A stretch of 64,000 nt of DNA, taken from contig CAZTQL010000001.1 of assembly GCA_964615665.1 (NCBI GenBank), positions 7,977-71,976 of the forward strand. Reading direction: 5' to 3'. The position numbers and the translations under genes are program-made. This document shows, one piece after another, positions 1 to 9,132 of the stretch. The stretch is from an uncultured Woeseiaceae bacterium. GTDB taxonomy: Bacteria > Pseudomonadota > Gammaproteobacteria > Steroidobacterales > Woeseiaceae. Position 1 is the stretch's first letter, and every line of letters begins with the position of its first letter. Below the pieces are notes generated by a model, which was not told where the DNA came from, made no database searches, and was given only the letters and a program-made list of their open reading frames with translations.

Positions 1-169
1 ACTCGACGATACCGATGTCGAGCAGCAATGCCTCATCGACCGGCGTCTGCGCTACGACCAGCTCGGTCTCCTCGGCGACAATGACCTCATTTACCGAGCA
101 GCCGCTCCCGACCAGGCACAGCAAACCCAGTAACAATGAATTCCTGACGAAACTTCCCATCAACTCCAT
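1..169 (-). CDS. lipoprotein, N-terminal fragment (gene runs off the window start)
   Basis: Too short for the ORF track. A reverse-strand ATG at 169-167 is preceded by GAGGG. Translation is MELMGSFVRNSLLLGLLCLVGSGCSVNEV..., a signal peptide plus lipobox (LVGSGC), and the frame stays open to position 1. Confidence 0.45.
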   Translation of the reverse strand, partial: MELMGSFVRNSLLLGLLCLVGSGCSVNEVIVAEETELVVAQTPVDEALLLDIGIVE

Positions 170-178
170 GCAGCCCTC

Positions 179-1129
179 TTACATGCCTTTGTACTTACGG
201 TATTCTTCCCAAAGACGATCACGCAATTCGGGATCGTCTTCAGCCAAAGCGGCCTCGCGCAACTGTTTGGCGACAATATCGTCGTCCATCATTACCTCGA
301 TGTCATCGGGGGTTCGCTGTTCGATCTCGCCTTCGCTCATACCCGCGAGCGGATCGCTGCTCCCGCTACCGCCACCGCCGCCACCGCCGCCACCGCTGGC
401 GCCGCCACTGGCACCACCCGACATAGCGCCAGCCGACTGTTCGCCCAGGCTCACACGGCTGCCCCCGCTACCGCCGGAGCCGGTGCCATATCCTTCTGTA
501 TTGCGCCCGACGGTTTCGATCTCGCGCTGCTCTTCCATCAGCACTTCGTCGAAATCTCCGACCGACTCTTCAAGTTCTTTACCCAGCTGCTCGGCTTGCT
601 CAGCGTCGCCGCCGGGAAACTGCCCCACATCGCCGGCCTGGTCAGCCTGGTCACCCTCGCAGCCCATGCCACCGCCGATACCGCCGCCGCTGACGCCACC
701 ATCATCGCAGCTACCTTGTCCCGCAGCACCGTCGCCCGGAATCTCGACACTGTCCATCGGCCCGGTGCTGCCGGCACTGCCGCCCGAGGAGCCGCCGCCC
801 GTACTGCCTGACGAACCACCCGACGAGCCGCCTGACGAGCCGCCCTCCATGCCACCTTCCATACCGCCGGATGAACCGCCCGACGAACCGCCCGACGAGC
901 CGCCTTCCGAGCCGCCTTCCGAGCCGCCTTCCGAACCGCCCGACGAACCACCGCCAGGCATACTCACGCCACCGGGCATACTGGCGCCGCCACCGGGCAT
1001 ACCGGAGCCGCTACTGCCACCACTCATTTCCATCGAGGAACAGCCGGTGACCAAAAACACCGCAGCGACAACGACAATCATCGGGCTGGCAAATTGCGCG
1101 TTTGTTGAAATTGGCGGTGGTTGCTTCAT
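179..1129 (-). CDS. Gly/Ser-rich acidic lipoprotein of unknown function
   Basis: ORF 179..1180(-). The internal ATG at 1129 has GAGG upstream and gives MKQPPPISTNAQFASPMIVVVAAVFLVTGCSS, a signal peptide plus lipobox. About 200 aa of GGSS/GGSE/GGME low-complexity repeats and a poly-Gly run follow. The C-terminus is an acidic helical tail, DDDIVAKQLREAALAEDDPELRDRLWEEYRKYKG. Confidence 0.6.
   Translation of the reverse strand: MKQPPPISTNAQFASPMIVVVAAVFLVTGCSSMEMSGGSSGSGMPGGGASMPGGVSMPGGGSSGGSEGGSEGGSEGGSSGGSSGGSSGGMEGGMEGGSSGGSSGGSSGSTGGGSSGGSAGSTGPMDSVEIPGDGAAGQGSCDDGGVSGGGIGGGMGCEGDQADQAGDVGQFPGGDAEQAEQLGKELEESVGDFDEVLMEEQREIETVGRNTEGYGTGSGGSGGSRVSLGEQSAGAMSGGASGGASGGGGGGGGGSGSSDPLAGMSEGEIEQRTPDDIEVMMDDDIVAKQLREAALAEDDPELRDRLWEEYRKYKGM
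808..951. repeat. imperfect 12-bp tandem repeat (about 12 units) encoding the GGS(S/E) repeats
   Basis: + strand reads ctgacgaaccac / ccgacgagccgc / ctgacgagccgc / ... / cttccgagccgc x2 / cttccgaaccgc / ccgacgaaccac. The period is 12 and the repeat lies inside the lipoprotein CDS. Confidence 0.75.
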
Positions 1130-1277
1130 GTTCTTCGCCTCAGGGGACAGCATGGCAGTGAAATCAATGGGTTTCGTCAAGGTTGTCTTCGTTTGAGGCC
1201 GATTTGGCCCTTATGTTCCGTAACATCCACGATAATACGCGCCAACACGGCGATCAACACTTAAACCCTTGAAATTG

Positions 1278-2108
1278 TTAAATGTCGCGACGGTACGGTT
1301 TGCGGAAAACAATGACCGACAGGTCGTCAGGCTTGCTGGGCTCGCCCTGCTGCGCATTTAGCATACGCTGATCGGCCAGGTTGACGGCGCCCGTGGCAGC
1401 GCCCTGCAACGGCCCCTTGCGGATACATTCCACGATCTCCGCAATGTGCACATTGTCCATCAGACCGTCACTCGCGACGATGACCGTATCGCGTGGCCGC
1501 AGTTCGACGGAGGCCCCCACGTCAATCCGCATGTCGCTGGTCCCCAGGAAGTTGGACACGAGGTGTCGTTCCTTATGGTGAAGCGCCTCGCGTTCGTCGA
1601 GGAAGCCGGCCTCAACCGCAAATCCCGTCGGGGAGTGCGCCGTCGTCTGCAGCTTGATCCGACCGCGCTGACCGACAATCATCGCCTCTGAATCGCCCAC
1701 CTGGTAAGACCGCGCCTGCAGACCTTCAACCGTGATCACGGTCATGGTGGTCGCAGAACCATTGGCAAGACCCAGGACCGCGTCGTTGGCCGCCTCAATG
1801 CCGTTGAGAATCGCGGTGCGCAGCAACGTTGTTTTGTCGATGGCGGCGTGCAGCGATGCGGCGAGTGTCTCGACGGCCGTCAGCGACGCACGCTTGCCCG
1901 CCGGCAGGCCGCCCGCACCATCGGCGACCACGAGCACTCCGGCAGCGGGACCGTAGGCGATGATCGCCACCGTATCTTCATTCTCGGTCTCTTTACCCGG
2001 CGCTCTGCAAGTGTAGGCAATGGCCTGGCCGCCACCAACGTCACAGTGGATGGTCTCGGGGCCTTCGGCGCCGTCGAGCAACAGCATGTCGTCAGTTCGT
2101 TTCGTCAT
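1278..2108 (-). CDS. PP2C-family Ser/Thr protein phosphatase
   Basis: 276 aa with PP2C-like motifs: ENEDT..., VVADGAGG, VIVASDGLMDNV. It lies directly downstream of the kinase gene on the same strand. Confidence 0.85.
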   Translation of the reverse strand: MTKRTDDMLLLDGAEGPETIHCDVGGGQAIAYTCRAPGKETENEDTVAIIAYGPAAGVLVVADGAGGLPAGKRASLTAVETLAASLHAAIDKTTLLRTAILNGIEAANDAVLGLANGSATTMTVITVEGLQARSYQVGDSEAMIVGQRGRIKLQTTAHSPTGFAVEAGFLDEREALHHKERHLVSNFLGTSDMRIDVGASVELRPRDTVIVASDGLMDNVHIAEIVECIRKGPLQGAATGAVNLADQRMLNAQQGEPSKPDDLSVIVFRKPYRRDI

Positions 2109-2129
2109 CGGCAGCGCTCGGTTGGTTGG

Positions 2130-3416
2130 TTATTCACGACGCACGGGTTCCCGACACCACGCGCAGAAGTTCCAGAAGTCGTGCGCAATACCCCATCCAC
2201 AGGCCGTACAGGATTTTCTGCTGCCTGCCAGCTTCCAGGGCCGCCTGACTTTGCTTCGACACCACGGACAATATCGCATGAACGGCATCAACGGGCCCCG
2301 ACAACGCGACTTGGCGCAACGCGCCGTATAGCGTTTGTCTGGATAATGGCGACTGCTTTCCTCGACAAAACCCGGGCCATAACACCACGAACAGTAATTC
2401 CAGTCGTTCTTCACGCCGCGCTCACAACGCGGACAGCTCGATGGCATGCGAGATTCCGAACCGCGCGCCGGATTGTCAAATCCGCACCACGGGCAGGCCT
2501 GCATCGTCTCCGCCACCGGCCCTTCACATTGCCGACAATGGTGGTGCGTTTGCAGAGGTTTCTTGAATTGTCGTTGAAACTCACGCCACCGTAATTGTCG
2601 CCAGGCGCTGCCGCGTCGTTGGGTAGCTTTCGTTCGGATACGCTTCTGTCGCCGCGCATGAGTCTGGGCACGCGCGAAGTCCGCGTGCATTTGTACGGCA
2701 TCCCTGTAACGTTTACCCGGATCCAGTCGAATCGACTTTTTGAGGACCTCGATAACCTCGGGACGCACGCGCGCCCGCAGTTGATCGTCACCGGTCAGTG
2801 GCCACTCGAAGGGCCACTCGGGAAGCTTGCCGGAGAACAGGCGGTACAGCACCAGCCCCATCGAGAAGACGTCAGATTGAAATTTCGGCCGCCCCATCGC
2901 CTGCTCCGGAGCGATGTAATCGATCGTGCCGGATCCCGAAGCCTTCAGCGTTCGATACCCAAGCTTGGCGAACCCGAAATCTGCGAGCTTGAGGTGTCCG
3001 TCGGCAAACAAGATGAAATTTTCAGGCTTGATATCGCAATGAATGATTTTGTTTTCATGCGCATAAGCAAGAGCGGCGAGACCTTGCGAAGCAAGATCCA
3101 GTGCGCGCGCCGTGGAGATGCGCCGCTCAACGCGATCTGCGAGTGACTCCTCGCCAAGCTCCATTGCGATAACGAAATGATCATCGATGTAGCTGGCATT
3201 CAAGACCGACAGGATATTCGGATGCTTGAGCTTCGTCGCGACACGAACTTCGTGCAAAATCTCATCGTGATTGACGTTATCTCCGACCTTGGGGAGCTTC
3301 AACGCAACCTTGATATTTTGAATGGTATCGGCCGCCCGATAGACATCGGCCAGCGGACCCGACGCGATGCGGCCGAGAATACGGTACTTGCCGAGTTTCT
3401 GTCGTGCCCTTAACAA
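2130..3416 (-). CDS. Hanks-type Ser/Thr protein kinase with four C-terminal zinc-ribbon repeats
   Basis: Kinase motifs are VALK, HCDIKPEN, DFGFAK and GTIDYIAPEQ. The C-terminal 135 aa (about 2133-2537) holds four Cys4 units, three CxxC-x10-CxWC and one Cx4C-x10-CxWC. Confidence 0.9.
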   Translation of the reverse strand: MLRARQKLGKYRILGRIASGPLADVYRAADTIQNIKVALKLPKVGDNVNHDEILHEVRVATKLKHPNILSVLNASYIDDHFVIAMELGEESLADRVERRISTARALDLASQGLAALAYAHENKIIHCDIKPENFILFADGHLKLADFGFAKLGYRTLKASGSGTIDYIAPEQAMGRPKFQSDVFSMGLVLYRLFSGKLPEWPFEWPLTGDDQLRARVRPEVIEVLKKSIRLDPGKRYRDAVQMHADFARAQTHARRQKRIRTKATQRRGSAWRQLRWREFQRQFKKPLQTHHHCRQCEGPVAETMQACPWCGFDNPARGSESRMPSSCPRCERGVKNDWNYCSWCYGPGFVEESSRHYPDKRYTARCAKSRCRGPLMPFMRYCPWCRSKVRRPWKLAGSRKSCTACGWGIAHDFWNFCAWCREPVRRE

Positions 3417-3420
3417 CTGA

Positions 3421-4908
3421 TCATTCCTTCGTCTTTACCAAGCTCACGGCGTGCTGCCAACCGTCAAGCAACCGCCCACGCAGGGTCTCGTTCATCACCG
3501 GTTCAAATAGTGCGTCGCGCTGCCACAGGCGCGCCGCCGCTGCGGCTGAAGTCACAATACCTGTCTGCCAGGCGGCCAAATAAGCCGCGCCCAGTACCGT
3601 GGACTCAACGTTCTTTGGACGCTCCACCGGGATATCGAGAATGTCAGCAAGAAACTGCAGAAACCAGTCATTGGCAACCATGCCACCATCGACACGGATG
3701 ACGCTGGGACGGATGCCGTCTTCGGCCATCGCGTCGATCAGGTCGCGCGTCTGGTACGCCACCGACTGTAACGTCGCCGTCACGATCTGGTCGCGGCCAC
3801 TGCCGCGAGTCAGGCCCAGGATTGCGCCGCGCGCGTCAGGATCCCAGTAGGGAGCGCCGAGGCCAGCAAAGGCCGGCACGACGTGCACATCGTCAACAAC
3901 CCCGGTCGCCGCTGCAATTGCCTCAGATTCGGGCGCCGCGGCAATAATTCCAAGCTCATCGCGCAACCACTGAATCGCTGAGCCGGCAACGAACACACTG
4001 CCCTCCAGACCGTAGGTAACCTCGCCAGCCAGCCGCATCGCAACGGTTGTCAACAAGTGGTTGGCCGAAGCCAGCGCCGTGCTGCCCGTGTTGGCGATTA
4101 CGAAACAGCCTGTGCCATAGGTACTCTTGGTCATGCCGTCTTCGAACCCGGCCTGACCGATTAACGCAGCCTGCTGATCGCCGGCAATGCCGCAGACCGG
4201 AATTTCGCCGCCCAACGCCGCATCGCTCGCCATTCCGAAGTCGGCGGCACAGTCGTGAACCTCGGGGAGCAGCTGCCGCGGGATTGAGAACAGCGTCAGC
4301 AGTTCATCGTCCCACTGCTGCGTGTGAATATTGAAAAGCAACGTGCGCGATGCATTCGTCGCATCGGTTGCATGCACGCGCCCGCCCGTCAATCGCCACA
4401 ACAAGAAACTATCGATGGTCCCGAACGCCAGTTTGCCGGCGGCGGCACGCTCCCGCACACCATCAACATTCTCCAGTATCCAGCGCACTTTGGTTGCCGA
4501 AAAATACGGATCAAGCCGTAGACCGGTTTTACCGGTCACCATTGGCTCGATCCCGTCGCGCTGCAGCAACTGGCAAAATTCGGCTGTGCGGCGATCCTGC
4601 CAGACGATGGCGTTGTAGACGCACTCGCCGGTGTCACGATCCCAGATCAATGTAGTTTCGCGTTGATTCGTGATGCCGATGGCGGAAATGTCGGCAGCCG
4701 GCGCCGATGCTTTTTCAATGGCGCCGGCTGTAACCGCCGTCACCGATGCCCAGATGGCTTCCGGATCGTGCTCAACCCAGCCGGGTTGCGGATAGATTTG
4801 CGGAAACTCCTGCTGCGCGCTGCTTACGACACGCGTGTCGTGATCGTAAATCACGGTCCTGCTGCTACTGGTTCCCTGGTCGATCGCCAGCAAATATTTT
4901 CCGCTCAT
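3421..4908 (-). CDS. glpK: glycerol kinase
   Basis: 495 aa. The N-terminus YLLAIDQGTSSSR and full-length FGGY kinase similarity (ETTLIWDRDTG, GDQQAAL, YGTGCF) support the call. Confidence 0.95.
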   Translation of the reverse strand: MSGKYLLAIDQGTSSSRTVIYDHDTRVVSSAQQEFPQIYPQPGWVEHDPEAIWASVTAVTAGAIEKASAPAADISAIGITNQRETTLIWDRDTGECVYNAIVWQDRRTAEFCQLLQRDGIEPMVTGKTGLRLDPYFSATKVRWILENVDGVRERAAAGKLAFGTIDSFLLWRLTGGRVHATDATNASRTLLFNIHTQQWDDELLTLFSIPRQLLPEVHDCAADFGMASDAALGGEIPVCGIAGDQQAALIGQAGFEDGMTKSTYGTGCFVIANTGSTALASANHLLTTVAMRLAGEVTYGLEGSVFVAGSAIQWLRDELGIIAAAPESEAIAAATGVVDDVHVVPAFAGLGAPYWDPDARGAILGLTRGSGRDQIVTATLQSVAYQTRDLIDAMAEDGIRPSVIRVDGGMVANDWFLQFLADILDIPVERPKNVESTVLGAAYLAAWQTGIVTSAAAAARLWQRDALFEPVMNETLRGRLLDGWQHAVSLVKTKE

Positions 4909-4941
4909 GGATGTGGTGTCCTTTCAGTCGCCGGCATCAGC

Positions 4942-6879
4942 TTAACCTGCGCTCAGCTCGGGCACATCCCGAAAGTACTCCAGCGCCTCCGGGTTCGCGA
5001 GCGACGCCGTGTTCTTAACCGCCTCGCCGTGCACCGCGGAACGAACCGCCAGCTCGACGATCTTACCGCTGCGAGTCCGGGGAATCTCCGGCACTGCAAT
5101 AATCTTGGCGGGCACGTGACGTGGCGTCGTGTTTTTTCTGATCACGGTGCGAATCCGTTGTTGTATCTCTTCATCGAGGTGTGCGCCTGCGCGCAAAACG
5201 ACAAACAGAATGACGCGCACGTCATCGTCCCAGTCCTGCCCGATCGCGATGCTCTCAACGACCTCGTCGAGTTTCTCGACCTGCCGATAAATCTCCGCGG
5301 TGCCAATACGCACGCCGCCCGGATTCAGCACGGCGTCCGAGCGGCCGTGAATAATTACACCGCCGAGTTCAGTGAGTTCCGCAAAATCGCCATGCGCCCA
5401 GACGCCATCGAACCGTTCAAAGTAGGCCGCGCGATAACGCGCATCGCCCGCATCATTCCAGAAACCGAGCGGCGCGGATGGGAACGGCCGCGTGCAAACC
5501 AACTCGCCGTGCTCGCCGACAACCGTGTTGCCCTGCTCGTCGAAAATCTCCGTTGCCATACCGAGACCGCGACACTGCAGTTCGCCGCGCCGAACCGGCA
5601 AGATCGGATTGCCAAGTGCAAAACAGCTCAGGATGTCGGTACCACCGGAGATCGAGGCCAGCAGCAGATCACTGCCGATCGCCTCGTAAACGAAGTCGAA
5701 ACTTTCGGGCGCAAGCGGTGAACCCGTTGACAGCACTGTCCGCAGATTTGGCAGCGAGAATTCGTCGCCCGGGCGCACCGCCGCTTTCTCCAATGCGGAG
5801 AGGTACTTGGCGCTCGTGCCAAACACGGTCACACCTTCCGCTTCGGCCATCTGCCAGAGCACGCGCCCGTCGTCGAAGAACGGCGAGCCGTCGAAAAGTA
5901 CGAGCGTCGCACCGCTGGCAAGACCGCTGGCCAGCCAGTTCCACATCATCCAGCCGCAAGTCGTAAAGTAAAACAGTCGATCGGAAGGTCCAATGTCGGT
6001 GTGCAGGATGTGTTCTTTCTTGTGCTGCAACAACGTCCCGCCGTGCCCGTGAATAATGCACTTCGGAGCACCGGTGGTGCCCGACGAATACATGATGAAG
6101 AGCGGGTGGCCAAACGGCACCGGCGTGAACTCAAGACCCGCGCCGCCAACCTTGAAGTCGTCCCAGGCAAGGGCAATCGCGAGCCCGGTTGTCGGCGGCA
6201 AAGAAACTGCAAACGGCACGACGACGACGCGTTCTATGGCTGGAATTGCCGTGACAACCGTGGCAATCGTCTCGCGCGTATCGCAGACCTTGCCGTTGTA
6301 CACATAGCCGTTACACGCAAATAGCACTTTTGGCCGGATCTGGCCGAAGCGATCGATAATACCGTTACTGCCGAAATCCGGCGAGCAGGAGGACCAGACG
6401 GCACCGATACTGACCGTGGCAAGCATGCCAATGATGGCTTCCGGGCAGTTCGGAAGATAACCGGCAACGCGATCACCCTTAACAACGCCAGCCAACCTCA
6501 GGCCCGCCGCCACGGCGGCGACCTCTGCACGCAGTTGCCGACGACTGAGTTCCCGACGACTGCCGTCCTCGCCGGTGAAGACCAGCGCCGCCTGCTCGCC
6601 GTCGTGCTGCAACAGATTGGCGGCGTAATTCAGCTCCGCTCCAACGAACCAGCCAGCGCCCATGATGCTGTTCGGGCTGGTCAGTATCGTGTCAGCTTGA
6701 CGATCAAGCCGAACATCGCAGTAACCGGCGACGCTCTGCCAGAAGCCCTCCAGTTCCTCGACCGACCACCGGTACAGCGCATCATAATCATCGAATCCAC
6801 TCTGCCGCATGAATTCGAACATGGCGCTGGCCTGCGCACGCTCGAGGCTCGGTGACCAGATGATCGGATTGCTGCTCAT
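4942..6879 (-). CDS. acetoacetyl-CoA synthetase (acetoacetate-CoA ligase)
   Basis: 645 aa. The N-terminus (IWSPS...F...YDALYRWSVEELEGFWQSV) is typical of the family. The AMP-binding motif YSSGTTGAPKCI and the C-terminal SGKIVE are present. Confidence 0.88.
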   Translation of the reverse strand: MSSNPIIWSPSLERAQASAMFEFMRQSGFDDYDALYRWSVEELEGFWQSVAGYCDVRLDRQADTILTSPNSIMGAGWFVGAELNYAANLLQHDGEQAALVFTGEDGSRRELSRRQLRAEVAAVAAGLRLAGVVKGDRVAGYLPNCPEAIIGMLATVSIGAVWSSCSPDFGSNGIIDRFGQIRPKVLFACNGYVYNGKVCDTRETIATVVTAIPAIERVVVVPFAVSLPPTTGLAIALAWDDFKVGGAGLEFTPVPFGHPLFIMYSSGTTGAPKCIIHGHGGTLLQHKKEHILHTDIGPSDRLFYFTTCGWMMWNWLASGLASGATLVLFDGSPFFDDGRVLWQMAEAEGVTVFGTSAKYLSALEKAAVRPGDEFSLPNLRTVLSTGSPLAPESFDFVYEAIGSDLLLASISGGTDILSCFALGNPILPVRRGELQCRGLGMATEIFDEQGNTVVGEHGELVCTRPFPSAPLGFWNDAGDARYRAAYFERFDGVWAHGDFAELTELGGVIIHGRSDAVLNPGGVRIGTAEIYRQVEKLDEVVESIAIGQDWDDDVRVILFVVLRAGAHLDEEIQQRIRTVIRKNTTPRHVPAKIIAVPEIPRTRSGKIVELAVRSAVHGEAVKNTASLANPEALEYFRDVPELSAG

Positions 6880-6968
6880 TGCTTGTTATTGGTGTCGCAC
6901 ACTAGAGGCAGTCAGTATCCATAAATCGAACCTTGTGTCCATGCCATGGAGCAAGCGATACTCACCGC

Positions 6969-7559
6969 ATGCTTTCGACTCTCAGCATCGTCGTCATCGC
7001 CACGGCCATCGTACTTGCGGCCGGCTGGTTCTGGCTCAAGAAACGGGGCCTGCGCCGGATGCCGGCCATTCTCAAGCCTGGTTCTCCGTTGCCGGACTTT
7101 CAAGCCTGTGACGAACAGGGCAATCCGTTACGTTCCGCCGCGCTCCACGGCACACCAGCCGTTATTCTTTTCGTACGCGGCAACTGGTGCCCGTTCTGCA
7201 GCGCGCAGGTCAAGGACCTGACGAAACACTACAAGGACATCATCGACCTGGGAGCGCGGCTGCTTCTGATTACGCCAAAGCCGCTCGAAACCACCCGGCG
7301 CGTTGCGAGTTTTTTTGAAGTGGAGTTCGAGTTCTGGCTCGATGAGGATCTGGAAGTCGCTAAACGCCTCGGCCTGCTGCACGTTGCCGGTGTACCAAAA
7401 TCCTATGACAAGGAGTACGGGCGCGACACCGTCTGGCCGACGTCGCTCGTCGTCGACGCGGCGGGCATCATTCGCTACACCGAACTCTCAAAACACATTT
7501 CCGATCGCCCGGATCCCGAACTGTTGTTACGAGAGCTCCAGAGAGCGCTCAAAATCTGA
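6969..7559 (+). CDS. membrane-anchored AhpC/TSA (redoxin) family thiol peroxidase/oxidoreductase
   Basis: ATG at 6969 gives MLSTLSIVVIATAIVLAAGWFWL, a TM anchor. The redoxin motif GNWCPFCSAQ is present. The ORF's upstream TTG extension was rejected. Confidence 0.75.
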   Translation: MLSTLSIVVIATAIVLAAGWFWLKKRGLRRMPAILKPGSPLPDFQACDEQGNPLRSAALHGTPAVILFVRGNWCPFCSAQVKDLTKHYKDIIDLGARLLLITPKPLETTRRVASFFEVEFEFWLDEDLEVAKRLGLLHVAGVPKSYDKEYGRDTVWPTSLVVDAAGIIRYTELSKHISDRPDPELLLRELQRALKI

Positions 7560-8241
7560 CGCCGACAGATTTGCACAGAAAACGCATGAACGGCTCAGCC
7601 ATCCTGAACGAACTCTCGACCGTGCGTTGAAACTGCGGCTTCAGGCACGTTGCGGGATCCAGATCGCGAACAGCCATGAAGCTTTTGCGCTTGATATCGT
7701 CGATGCAAGCCTGGTCCTTGCTGAAACCTCGTGGTGGTCGCGACAGCGAGTCGCCACCCAATGCGAAATTGCGCTGAAACCGCGGGTCGCGCAGCGCCCG
7801 CTGCCATTCGGCGGGGCGTGCGGCGATACGCTCGCGGATACCGCGCAATGGCTCTGCCTCTGGTCGCCACATGCCGGCGCCGAGGAATACGCGTTGCGGT
7901 TCGATATGCAGGTAGTAACCCGGCGAATGCACATCCTTCGCCTGTTCGTGTCGAAACTGTATGCCGATGTTGGTTTTGTAAGGAGTTTTGTTTTTCGAAA
8001 AGCGCGTGTCGCGGTAAACACGCATTAGCGAGCCACCAACGCGCGTCGGCATTGCGACAAAGTGCGGGGCGATCTCGGCGAGCGGTTCCTGCATCGACTG
8101 GATGAAACGGAGCGCGACGTCCAGAACCTCTTCCTCATAGCGACTTTTGTTCTCGCCAAACCAGTCGCGATTGTTATTGGCGACCAGCTCTTCGAGAAAG
8201 CGCAGCGTCGACGGAAAAAACCTGGCGTACCGCGATGACAC
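7549..8241 (-). CDS. DUF2461 (TIGR02453) family protein
   Basis: 230 aa. LRFLEELVANNNRDWFGENKSRYE and YRDTRFSKNKTPYKT are hallmark stretches of this family. Confidence 0.75.
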   Translation of the reverse strand: MSSRYARFFPSTLRFLEELVANNNRDWFGENKSRYEEEVLDVALRFIQSMQEPLAEIAPHFVAMPTRVGGSLMRVYRDTRFSKNKTPYKTNIGIQFRHEQAKDVHSPGYYLHIEPQRVFLGAGMWRPEAEPLRGIRERIAARPAEWQRALRDPRFQRNFALGGDSLSRPPRGFSKDQACIDDIKRKSFMAVRDLDPATCLKPQFQRTVESSFRMAEPFMRFLCKSVGVRF

Positions 8242-8243
8242 GA

Positions 8244-8702
8244 CTAGCAGCTTATCTTGTCGGCTTCCGGATGCGGATACATGTCAGACTCGTCCTCGCC
8301 TTCGCGCGAGGTCAGGCAAACGAAGTCCTTTTCCACCAGAATCTGCAAGCTCTCGCCATCGTCCAGTGTCTGCTCATCCTGCATCGAAACCTGATCGGTC
8401 GTCGCCCAGGCGACAACGTCGGCTTCAGGCAGGCGAACCGTCAATGTATTGTCAGAAAATAACGCGGCCGCCCGGACGCTGGCCGGGCTGCTCTCAACCC
8501 GGTAGAGGAGCTTGCGTGAGCCCGGAAAGCTGGTGCTCGCAAAGACCTCGCCGCGCTCTCGCAGCGCGTCGACTTCGCGACGCGTCAGGCGCAACCGAAC
8601 GGAGTTATCTCTGATTCTGAGCTTCACAGTCGTCGTTGCATTGTAATTTGCTCTCGGAAATCGCTCTCGGAAATCGCTCTCGGAGGTTGCTCGGCGGCTC
8701 AT
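8244..8702 (-). CDS. hypothetical protein (possibly DUF7009-like); start uncertain
   Basis: 152-aa ORF. The conserved-looking core begins VKLRIRDNSVRLRLTRREVDAL, so a GTG at 8627 is an alternative start. The N-terminal extension overlaps a 13-bp tandem repeat. Confidence 0.5.
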   Translation of the reverse strand: MSRRATSESDFRERFPRANYNATTTVKLRIRDNSVRLRLTRREVDALRERGEVFASTSFPGSRKLLYRVESSPASVRAAALFSDNTLTVRLPEADVVAWATTDQVSMQDEQTLDDGESLQILVEKDFVCLTSREGEDESDMYPHPEADKISC

Positions 8703-8725
8703 CCGAAGAGCACGGCCCCAGCGAC

Positions 8726-8938
8726 TTAATCGGCGATGACGTTTTCAGCCTGCGGGCCCTTTTCTCCCTGGGTCACTTCCATCGTGACTTTCTGGCCTTC
8801 CTTCAGAGTCTTGAAACCTTCCATCTGAACAGTGGTGTGATGAACAAAAACATCGTCTCCACCTTCACGTTCAATAAAACCAAAACCCTTGTCATCGTTG
8901 AACCATTTGACGGTTCCTGCTACTCGTTCACCTGACAT
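8726..8938 (-). CDS. cold-shock protein (CspA family)
   Basis: 70 aa with [15 protein letters not shown] and DVFVHH, the RNP1 and RNP2 motifs. Confidence 0.95.
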   Translation of the reverse strand: MSGERVAGTVKWFNDDKGFGFIEREGGDDVFVHHTTVQMEGFKTLKEGQKVTMEVTQGEKGPQAENVIAD

Positions 8939-9132
8939 ATCTACCTCTTAACATGCTACCCGCCGTAATGGCGGCTTATCTACCGCACCGTGGTGGCGAC
9001 GGCTACAGAAATGGTACCCGCTATTGCGATTCGCGGCAATAGCAATCGGCCGTCAACTGGCGCCTGATAGACCTCTGTATTTTCAGGCTTTTTTTGAACG
9101 ATCAGGAATCTGGCGACCGGTATACAAAGACG
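8939..9132 (-). promoter_or_regulatory. promoter plus long structured 5' leader of the cold-shock gene (putative)
   Basis: 194-bp non-coding gap upstream of csp. It contains inverted repeats ctattgc/gcaatag (9021-9042) and ccgcc/ggcgg (8960-8974). CspA-family genes classically carry long regulatory leaders. Confidence 0.3.

Noticed and set aside
808-951. Possibility that the short tandem repeats are a CRISPR or other non-coding array
   Set aside because: The units are contiguous 12-mers without spacers, in frame within a CDS, and translate to GGSS/GGSE. This is coding low-complexity sequence, not a CRISPR array.
15-1196. 393-aa Pro/Ser-rich ORF on the + strand covering the whole Gly-rich gene
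   Set aside because: It is the complementary-strand mirror of GGN-rich codons (NCC gives Pro/Ser/Ala). It has no signal peptide or recognisable start context. The minus-strand frame has an SD, a signal peptide, a lipobox and a structured C-terminus. It cannot be excluded absolutely without expression data.
4663-5721. 352-aa + strand ORF
   Set aside because: It lies entirely antisense to the well-supported acetoacetyl-CoA synthetase gene. The composition is Arg/Ala-rich, typical of spurious antisense ORFs in GC-rich DNA.
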